NCBI GenBank assembly: GCA_051874735.1
Contig: JBJEGD010000007.1
Span: 1-18,983, forward strand
Reading direction: 5' to 3'
Length of the DNA: 18,983 nucleotides
Source: Candidatus Bruticola sp.
Lineage (GTDB): Bacteria > Vulcanimicrobiota > Xenobia > Xenobiales > Xenobiaceae
Shown piece after piece: positions 1 to 7,250 of this stretch (its first letter is position 1; each line of letters opens with the position of its first letter). The notes under the pieces are model-generated. The model saw only the letters and a list, made by a program, of their open reading frames with translations, did no database searches and was not told where the DNA came from. A program made the translations under genes and the position numbers.

Positions 1-630
1 AAGATGTTCCCGAAAGATGGTGCAAATGTACCGGAAGTGCGCTTTAAAGGATTTACAGAGGCTTGGAAACAGCGCAAGGCTGCAGATATAGCTGATTATT
101 CAAAAGGAAATGGTTATTCCAAGAGTGATTTAACGGAAATCGGAACACCGATAATACTATACGGTAGACTTTACACGAAGTATAGATTTGCTATTGACGA
201 AGTAGATACTTTTGCCGCTCCCAAAGATGGCTCTATTTACAGTCAAGGCAATGAAGTAATAATACCTGCTTCAGGAGAGACCGCCGAAGACATTGCAAGG
301 GCTTCATCCGTTGAAAAATCAGGGATTTTGCTTGGTGGAGATCTGAATATTGTTCGTCCTTTTAAATTCATTAATCCTTTGTTTTTAACACTTGCCATTT
401 CAAGTGGTGAACCACAGAAAGAACTGGCTAAAAAGGCACAAGGGAAATCAGTTGTTCATATTCATAATTCGGATATTAAAGAGTTACTTATATGGCTTCC
501 AACAATAGCAGAACAACAGAAAATAGGTTCCTATTTTCGCAACCTCGACCACCTTATCACCCTTCATCAGCGCGAGTTGGAAAAACTGCAAAGCCTCAAA
601 AAAGCTCTGCTGGAAAAAATGTTTGTCTGA
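1..630 (+). CDS. hsdS: Type I restriction-modification specificity subunit, C-terminal half (5' end outside the window)
   Basis: The frame is open from base 1 (K-M-F-P). It has the central conserved region KMFP..VPEVRFKGFTEAWKQRK, one TRD, and the conserved C-terminus P..EQQKIGSYFRNLDHLITLHQRELEKLQSLKKALLEKMFV typical of HsdS. Confidence 0.95.
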   Translation, partial: KMFPKDGANVPEVRFKGFTEAWKQRKAADIADYSKGNGYSKSDLTEIGTPIILYGRLYTKYRFAIDEVDTFAAPKDGSIYSQGNEVIIPASGETAEDIARASSVEKSGILLGGDLNIVRPFKFINPLFLTLAISSGEPQKELAKKAQGKSVVHIHNSDIKELLIWLPTIAEQQKIGSYFRNLDHLITLHQRELEKLQSLKKALLEKMFV

Positions 631-649
631 GCTAGGAAGCAATATAATA

Positions 650-679
650 AAAAACGGGCGCACAATTGCGCCCGTTTTT
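650..679. terminator. Bidirectional intrinsic terminator between the convergent hsdS and RNase II genes
   Basis: Perfect 13-bp inverted repeat AAAAACGGGCGCA-caat-TGCGCCCGTTTTT with A and T tracts on the two sides. Confidence 0.9.
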
Positions 680-698
680 ATATGTATTAAAATGCTTA

Positions 699-2741
699 TT
701 ATACTATAGGGCTAAGACGCACCGTACAATCGCGAGGCCAGACTAAATCTATTTTAACATGAATATGAGTGCCAGGAGGCAGCGGACAGCCAGGCACATG
801 CGGACATTCATTTTCTAATAGACATCCGCAAAGCTGGACAATATGTTTATCAGGATGATTAGCCAAAACGATAGCTTCCATTTCTTCACCCGAATGCTCC
901 TCTAAGTAGCGCAAGATCCAGTAATTTTTACGTTCGCGTTCTAGCATATCAGCTACAGCCGACGACTGCTTAGTATAAGCCAATAAACGGCCTAGTTCTT
1001 CTTCACTGTACATAGGAGCCGCTTCTGAATCGTTGAGCATAGATTTAAGCTGACGCTGCATTAACAGGTCGTTGTAACGTCTGATAGGAGACGTCACCTG
1101 CACATAACTATCTAACCCTAAGCCTGTATGATGTGCTGGAACTAATCCCATAGAACCTTTTTTCAAAAAGCGGCGCGAATTATAAGCCTTAACCGGATCG
1201 AAATTTTCTACTAAATCGTCGAGCGGCTTTTCAGGCGCCTCCTGACTTCGGAAAATAGCTGGCGCCTTGTGTTCAGCTAAATAACTGCCGGCTATAGAAT
1301 TGGCTAAAATCATCAATTCACTAACTAAAAGCTGGGAAGGCGAATCGGGAGCTTTACGTTCAATAATTATTTGACTATTTTTGACCTTAACATTGACGCG
1401 AGGGAAAGGAACTACCATAGCTCCATTTTCACAGCGTTTTGCCTTTAGACGTTTTACTATATTGAGTAGCTGGCTCCAATGACCTTTTTCTAACTCTTCA
1501 TTGGCAGTATCGTAAGTGAGACGTTTATCAACCTTAATAACGCTAGAAACCATTCTAGACGAAGTTATATTAAATTCTCCATCAAAATTGATCAGAAAAG
1601 AGAATGATAAGCGTTTTTTGCCGGCCACTAAACTGCAGACGCTATCTGAGAGTATTTCAGGACACATCGGTACCTTTAAATCGGGTAGATAAATAGCTGT
1701 ACCGCGCATTAAAGCCGCATGATCGACTAAAGACTCAGGTTTCACATAATAAGAAGCATCAGCGATATGGATACCTACTCGGAAAGTTCCATCTTGGAAT
1801 TCTTCAAAGCTTATAGCATCATCTATATCTGTAGTGCTGTCGTCATCAATAGTGACACAAGGCAAATTCGTCAAATCGAGACGCTCGTCGTCTACTCGGG
1901 AGTTGCCCTCTTCATCTAAAAAGCGAGTACATTCCAAAGCCTCTTGCAATTCATCACTATCAAATTGCAGAGATATATTGTACTTGTATAAAGACAGATT
2001 CTCGTGTTCATTCCAAAGACCTGTCTTGAGCATAAACTGGAAGGGAGCATCTCGTCTAGTAATTTCAATAGACTTAAAAAGTTCATTAATTTCTTTATAA
2101 CGAGGTGATTCAGCTCCGTTGACCGCCACATCGGCGAACCCGCGCATCAGCCTTTTAGCTGATTGTTCAAACTCTGCCGGATAAGTGAGAGCGGTAGAAT
2201 CTGATATAGGATTATTCCAAATTCCGGAAACCCATTGACTCAAAGCAGATTGCTCTTTGCGGTTCAAAGCTTCAGCATCACGGCGCTGGAAAATTTCTTG
2301 CACCTGAGCAGATGTGCGCCGTATATAACCGCTGCCCTTGCGGTAAAAATAAATACTGTCGTTATCTAGACTGCGATAAGCGGCTGACATCGCTTCAGGA
2401 TCAGTACGGCTGAGCAGCAAATCGCATATTTCATCCAGTCCCCAAAGGCGATCGTCCTCTTCACCTTCCAAAAGCTCCCAAAGCTCCTCAGGCTTGAGCT
2501 GAGAGGCCAATTCTTCACGCTTGTTATGAGCTTTAGTCAAAGATTCGGCAAGAATATCGTAAGAAGAATTAGGATCGACAAACCCGGGAATAACAAACAT
2601 AGCTTTTGTATCAGCGATCTTTTCTTCCCGATTGCGAGCATTGCGGACAAAAATTTTGCCCGGTTTATCTTGACGAAGACATACAGCCGATAAAAGCTTT
2701 TTATCTTGAATATACTCTAAATATGAGCCTGGACTAATCAA
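699..2741 (-). CDS. rnb: Exoribonuclease II / RNB-domain protein (RNase II/R family)
   Basis: Catalytic motif TIDDDSTTDIDDAISF, plus HIADAS, RGTAIYLP, LVSELMILAN and TSPIRRYNDLLMQRQL. TTG start preceded by purine-rich AGAAAGAG. The N-terminus is not E. coli-like. Confidence 0.92.
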   Translation of the reverse strand: MISPGSYLEYIQDKKLLSAVCLRQDKPGKIFVRNARNREEKIADTKAMFVIPGFVDPNSSYDILAESLTKAHNKREELASQLKPEELWELLEGEEDDRLWGLDEICDLLLSRTDPEAMSAAYRSLDNDSIYFYRKGSGYIRRTSAQVQEIFQRRDAEALNRKEQSALSQWVSGIWNNPISDSTALTYPAEFEQSAKRLMRGFADVAVNGAESPRYKEINELFKSIEITRRDAPFQFMLKTGLWNEHENLSLYKYNISLQFDSDELQEALECTRFLDEEGNSRVDDERLDLTNLPCVTIDDDSTTDIDDAISFEEFQDGTFRVGIHIADASYYVKPESLVDHAALMRGTAIYLPDLKVPMCPEILSDSVCSLVAGKKRLSFSFLINFDGEFNITSSRMVSSVIKVDKRLTYDTANEELEKGHWSQLLNIVKRLKAKRCENGAMVVPFPRVNVKVKNSQIIIERKAPDSPSQLLVSELMILANSIAGSYLAEHKAPAIFRSQEAPEKPLDDLVENFDPVKAYNSRRFLKKGSMGLVPAHHTGLGLDSYVQVTSPIRRYNDLLMQRQLKSMLNDSEAAPMYSEEELGRLLAYTKQSSAVADMLERERKNYWILRYLEEHSGEEMEAIVLANHPDKHIVQLCGCLLENECPHVPGCPLPPGTHIHVKIDLVWPRDCTVRLSPIV

Positions 2742-2798
2742 TTGAATGTGCTCTTTCTAGCAGACGATTTACTCTGCAAAAATTAATCACGGAGCGAT

Positions 2799-2807
2799 AT
2801 TATAACA
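2799..2807 (-). promoter_or_regulatory. Extended -10 sigma70 promoter (TGnTATAAT) for rnb
   Basis: The minus strand reads TGTTATAAT, 57 nt upstream of the rnb start. No consensus -35 is present, as expected for an extended -10 promoter. Confidence 0.6.
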
Positions 2808-2816
2808 AAAAATAAG

Positions 2817-3752
2817 TTAAAAACCGCGAGCCCAGCAAACATCGTAAATAGTCTTGCCTTCAGGACTGATGCGCTTTAAGTTGTCGCCTACCAAATCAAC
2901 AGTATAAACGGCATTATCTTTGACAAAAGCCAAAGTATTTCCAGAAGGATTCCAAGAAGGTGAAGAACAGCCGTAATCGTGAACAATGGTGCGCGTTTTT
3001 TTACTGAACATATCGCAGATAACTACTTGACCATCGACAATAGCTGCCATGGAACTGCCGTTAGGAGCCATACAGGCCTGAGAAGCTCCCTTAACAATCT
3101 TCTTGGCCTCTTCTTCAGGGTGGGCGGAATCTACCGAATAAAGAGAGGCTTCACCTGCGGAATCGACATAAGAGAACAAAACATTTTTGCCAAAATTAGA
3201 CCAACTAGGCGGCCCTAAGCGACGGGCGTCCATAATACATACAGGTGATTTGCCTATTTTTTGAGTAAACAGGCGCTGTCTATCTTTAGTAGAATCACCA
3301 CGCAGATACACAAAATAATCGTCGTTATCGCGACTCAAGCAGGGAAAATAAAGGGGCTCCTGAGTTTTTACTAATCCTTCCTCTTCATTAGTTTCCAAGT
3401 TTATGAGGCGCAGCGAATTAGGCTCTGAGCATACATAGATCATAAGGCGACCATTGCGGGAAACACTTGGAGAAGAAGCTGAAGAACCATTTATTTCCGC
3501 TTTTTTTACAAGATGGCGGTATTTGCGTCGGCCAGCGCCATCGAGGCGAGAGTTTTCTCCCAAAGCCCCTACAACGTAAGTATTGTGCCCGCCGTCTTTA
3601 TCCATCCACTCTATACGCGATCTGCCACCTTCCACCACCGTGTAATATAGGCGTCCTTCTTCAGGAAGAGGTCCACGATCTGAACAGGCAGTGGCCCCTA
3701 ATCCTAAGGCCAGCAACGATGCAATAATGGTAAATTTTAATTTATTATGCAT
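2817..3752 (-). CDS. TolB-like beta-propeller lipoprotein (PD40/WD40-like repeats)
   Basis: Signal peptide with lipobox LGATA-C. Repeated blade motifs SPSVSRNGRLMIYV, FPCLSRDND.YFVY, PPSWSNFGKNVLFS and SPSWNPSGNTLAFV. Confidence 0.8.
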   Translation of the reverse strand: MHNKLKFTIIASLLALGLGATACSDRGPLPEEGRLYYTVVEGGRSRIEWMDKDGGHNTYVVGALGENSRLDGAGRRKYRHLVKKAEINGSSASSPSVSRNGRLMIYVCSEPNSLRLINLETNEEEGLVKTQEPLYFPCLSRDNDDYFVYLRGDSTKDRQRLFTQKIGKSPVCIMDARRLGPPSWSNFGKNVLFSYVDSAGEASLYSVDSAHPEEEAKKIVKGASQACMAPNGSSMAAIVDGQVVICDMFSKKTRTIVHDYGCSSPSWNPSGNTLAFVKDNAVYTVDLVGDNLKRISPEGKTIYDVCWARGF

Positions 3753-3773
3753 ATTACTACTTTCTTTCTGAAG

Positions 3774-5375
3774 TTAATGGACCGCTTTCAATTCACAGCC
3801 AGGATAATAGTGTTTAATAATATCGGTATAGCTTTGGCCAGACTTAGCCCTTCCTTGGGCACCTTCCTGACATAAGCCGACACCGTGTCCCCACCCACCT
3901 CCTTTGAAAATTATAGTGTCATTATCTTTGTAAACATAAAACAAGGTGCTCTTTAAACCTAAAGGATTAATTTTACCTCCCCCAATAATCCAGCGGATTT
4001 TGTCGCCGCTTATTGAAAAACTGCCTCGATCAGTGACAATAGATAATTCTGCAACTCGGCCGCTGCCTGTGCGCTTAACAACTTTGATATCTGTTACGCC
4101 ACCTATAGAAAAATCTTCGACTCCGCAGAGCACTGGCAAAGACTCCCTGATCATTCTTTGGAAATCTGCAGACGAGTAAGAAGCTTGCCAGCGGAAAAGT
4201 TTAGCTTTCATGCAATAAGACGCCAAAGGGTTATCAATAAAAGCTCTGAAACGCTTTTCAAGTTGAGGAGTATTTTCAACTATAGCTGAAGGGTTGACGC
4301 TACTGAAAGGTTCAGCACTAGGCTCTTGGTAATCACCTTCATATGATTCATAATAGCTGTCATACGTTTCTTCCCTGCCGCTATTCCAAGAAAGGCCGTT
4401 AACTGCATCGCTAGAAGTAGTTAGATAACTCGTTGGCTGAGCCTTATCCCATACATTTTCAATACTCTCACCCATACCCCCGCAAACAGCATGGTACCTA
4501 GTATCGGCTATCAACTTGCCGCTACAGACAATTAAACCTTTTGTAGCCTCAATCTGAGCATTGACATTAGCATTTTCCACCTTAGCCCCACCGTAAACGT
4601 GGCAATGCGTTCCTGCACAGAGATCGAACCCTTCCTTGCTATGACGCCCTAAATTAGCTAAAGTATACGAACGGGCTACACAAGCCATAGCTTTAAGCGC
4701 TTCATTGTCGAAAGAGGCAGGCACCTCGCTAGGCACCACCCCTTTCAAATAATCTTCTATAGTTACATTATTAACAACAGAAATTGTTGGGTTAGTCTCG
4801 TCAGGCTTAATAGCGAACGTAAGACTTCCACGATAAGCAGCCTGAGTTTTAGAATTAGTCTGCTCGTTTGACAAAGTGAGCGTACATATGCCGGGATCAT
4901 CTATAGATAAAGCTTCACCATCGGAGTAAGTTTCCGCAGGACGAAGCACTACCGGTTCCTCACTGTTAAAAAGCAGATGATCGCGTTCATCGTAAAATTG
5001 CATCTTGACTTTTTTGAACACGGTAGTAATCAACCTTATTTTTACCGCTTTAGCCTGACCCTTGGGATAAATAATACCATTAGAAGCGGTCAGATCAGCA
5101 CCGGAGATAATTTCAGGCAAACCGACTTTTATTTCCAATGAAGGCGAAAAGGCTTCCTTAGTATCCTGACTAGATTCTACATAAGAGGCCATCATATCGG
5201 CCTCTTCTGTCTTCTGGTGCTCCTTCTTTTCAGCTGTTTTTAATCTGCTCAGAGACTTCCCTGAAGAAGCCTCATAATCTCTTATAACTCCAGCATAAGA
5301 AGAATACGCAGCCACAATACAGGCAATAAGGATAAAAATAGAACAGTATATAAAACGCTGCCTTTTATAGTTCAT
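3774..5375 (-). CDS. SpoIID/LytB-domain peptidoglycan lytic transglycosylase-like protein with an N-terminal membrane anchor
   Basis: Motifs YRG, EDYLKGVVPSE (putative catalytic Glu217), EALKAxAxxARSY, CxxTHCHVYGG, GGGWGHGVGLCQEGA and HYYPG. Hydrophobic N-terminus. Overlaps the murQ stop by 11 nt. Confidence 0.92.
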   Translation of the reverse strand: MNYKRQRFIYCSIFILIACIVAAYSSYAGVIRDYEASSGKSLSRLKTAEKKEHQKTEEADMMASYVESSQDTKEAFSPSLEIKVGLPEIISGADLTASNGIIYPKGQAKAVKIRLITTVFKKVKMQFYDERDHLLFNSEEPVVLRPAETYSDGEALSIDDPGICTLTLSNEQTNSKTQAAYRGSLTFAIKPDETNPTISVVNNVTIEDYLKGVVPSEVPASFDNEALKAMACVARSYTLANLGRHSKEGFDLCAGTHCHVYGGAKVENANVNAQIEATKGLIVCSGKLIADTRYHAVCGGMGESIENVWDKAQPTSYLTTSSDAVNGLSWNSGREETYDSYYESYEGDYQEPSAEPFSSVNPSAIVENTPQLEKRFRAFIDNPLASYCMKAKLFRWQASYSSADFQRMIRESLPVLCGVEDFSIGGVTDIKVVKRTGSGRVAELSIVTDRGSFSISGDKIRWIIGGGKINPLGLKSTLFYVYKDNDTIIFKGGGWGHGVGLCQEGAQGRAKSGQSYTDIIKHYYPGCELKAVH

Positions 5376-6201
5376 GTTTTCCTCGCTTACTCAACTCCAA
5401 AAAGGCCAAAGCTTCACGCATATTTCCATGAGCTGCCTGAAGAGCCGATTTAGCTTCATTTTGACTAACTCCGGCCAAAGAAGCGGCCATTTCCGCCTGG
5501 CGCTTAATAAGCTTGGCATTGCTAGCTCGCACATCTATCATCATGTTGCCGCGGCAATGGCCTAAAGATACCATAATTCCTGTTGAAATCATATTTAAAG
5601 CCAATTTGGTAGCTGTTCCAGCTTTTAAACGTGTTGAACCGCGCAAAACCTCAGGACCGACGGCCAACAGCATAGGATAATCGGCCTCTTGAGCAGCAGG
5701 AGCTCCCGGATTACAAAAAATAGCTCCTACAGTAATGCCAAGCTGACGCAATTTTCGCAGCCCGCCTATCACAAAAGGGGTACTGCCAGAAGCGGTTATA
5801 CCAATAACAAAATCTTGAGCGCTAACAGATCTTTTTTGCAGTTCTTTAAAGGCCGCTTCTGTATCATCTTCGGCATTTTCTATGGCTCTAATTAGCGCCT
5901 CAGGACCTCCGGCTATAATAGCCTGAACTTGGCTCGGATCAGTGCCAAAAGTGGGCGGACATTCAGCAGCATCGAGCACACCTAAACGGCCGCTCGTACC
6001 AGCTCCCAAATAAAATAGACGTCCGCCTCCGCGAAGCTTAGCGGCCGCAGCCTCTATACATGAGGCTATCTCTGGCAGAGCCTCATGCACAGCTTTAACC
6101 GCTTTGCTGTCTTCACTGTTCATCAATTGAACTATTTCCAGAGAAGTCATACTGTCTAAATTTAAACTTAAAGGGTTGGAAGCTTCCGTTAAATTCTGCA
6201 C
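5365..6201 (-). CDS. murQ: N-acetylmuramic acid 6-phosphate etherase
   Basis: Motifs TEASNP, GAGTSGRLGVLDAAECPPTF, AEDD, ASGSTPFV, GPEV..GSTRLKAGTATKLALNMIST and GNMMIDV. GTG start with AAGGTG upstream. Confidence 0.97.
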   Translation of the reverse strand: MQNLTEASNPLSLNLDSMTSLEIVQLMNSEDSKAVKAVHEALPEIASCIEAAAAKLRGGGRLFYLGAGTSGRLGVLDAAECPPTFGTDPSQVQAIIAGGPEALIRAIENAEDDTEAAFKELQKRSVSAQDFVIGITASGSTPFVIGGLRKLRQLGITVGAIFCNPGAPAAQEADYPMLLAVGPEVLRGSTRLKAGTATKLALNMISTGIMVSLGHCRGNMMIDVRASNAKLIKRQAEMAASLAGVSQNEAKSALQAAHGNMREALAFLELSKRGKHEL

Positions 6202-6223
6202 CTGAGTTTACACACCTTCGAAT

Positions 6224-6253
6224 AAAAAAAAGTCCAGGCAGTTTCTGTCTGGA
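6224..6253 (-). terminator. Possible intrinsic terminator or attenuator just upstream of murQ
   Basis: The minus strand reads TCCAGACAG-AAA-CTGCCTGGA followed by C and an 8-T tract. The stem has one A-C mismatch. Confidence 0.45.
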
Positions 6254-6275
6254 AAAACTTTTCTTTGTCTTGACC

Positions 6276-7199
6276 CTACGACCAAGCATCTTTACGACGA
6301 GTTATTTCTTCTTTAGGAATAAAATCTTCCTTTATGCTCTTATTGAGTTCCGCACGAATCATAATCACGCAAAGAAAACCTATACAAATAATGCCAAAAA
6401 TATCAGTATCAGTAATTTTGCCTCTAAATAGCCACATTAAACAGATAAAAACTACACATAAGCTCACACCAGCCGCAATAATTTCCTTGCGCTCGGCGTC
6501 GCCATCTTTGATAAAGATATTAGTGATCTCCCTCAAATACCCGCCGCCAGGAATAGGATGTTCTTTCAAAAAAGTCCAAGGTAAAAGCTCACGAGCCACA
6601 ATAGCTCCCAAAGGTACCAGCAGAATAGAGATGACCCACAAAGGCCATGAACTATGATTAAAAAGTGCAGTTAAATAGATAAAACTACTTGATACACTTA
6701 ACCACATGATTCCCAAACTGACTAAGGCAGCTCCAGTCATGGTGTAATTAGTGACTGAACCATCTTTTATATGCGTCAGCATTCTCTCCTCTATGCCGAA
6801 ATAAGGCAGATAACGAATAGCCGCCACTGTCAAAATAATAGTTAAATCTATATATATAGCCAAAAGGGCGGCGGCAGCTATCATTACAGCCGACAGACTG
6901 GGGAAAGGGGTCCTAAAAAAGGCCAGCAAGTCTAGTCCCAATATAGCCACTGACCAAGACAAGATGTGATACACATAAGATTTGTTAACTCTTACACTGC
7001 ACCAAAAAAGGAAAGCTGCCGCAAAGATAAGCAGCACCCCTACATTAATTGACGTACTGTCAAAAGGCCAAAAATAATTGCCAACTTCTTTAAGCAGGTC
7101 TATATCAAAAGGATTTACCAAAGATCGCTGCAAACTCGGGTGAACAGCCAGATCCTGATAAGATTGACCAGCTGCCTGAGCTAGAAAAAATAAAGACAT
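6276..7199 (-). CDS. Hypothetical polytopic membrane protein (about 7-8 TM segments)
   Basis: 307-aa ORF with several long hydrophobic stretches and an AAGGGG RBS before the ATG. No family recognised. Confidence 0.8.
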   Translation of the reverse strand: MSLFFLAQAAGQSYQDLAVHPSLQRSLVNPFDIDLLKEVGNYFWPFDSTSINVGVLLIFAAAFLFWCSVRVNKSYVYHILSWSVAILGLDLLAFFRTPFPSLSAVMIAAAALLAIYIDLTIILTVAAIRYLPYFGIEERMLTHIKDGSVTNYTMTGAALVSLGIMWLSVSSSFIYLTALFNHSSWPLWVISILLVPLGAIVARELLPWTFLKEHPIPGGGYLREITNIFIKDGDAERKEIIAAGVSLCVVFICLMWLFRGKITDTDIFGIICIGFLCVIMIRAELNKSIKEDFIPKEEITRRKDAWS

Positions 7200-7250
7200 G
7201 GGATACCCCTTATTTTAACTATTGTGACAATCGATAGAAAGTACCAGCCT

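Noticed and set aside
3774-5375. SpoIID domain as evidence of sporulation
   Set aside because: SpoIID/LytB domains are widespread in non-sporulating bacteria and no other sporulation gene is present.
5365-5460. MurQ slightly shorter (278 aa) than the typical ~300 aa, a possible pseudogene
   Set aside because: All catalytic motifs are intact, the C-terminal helical tail is variable, and the stop is coupled to the next gene's start.
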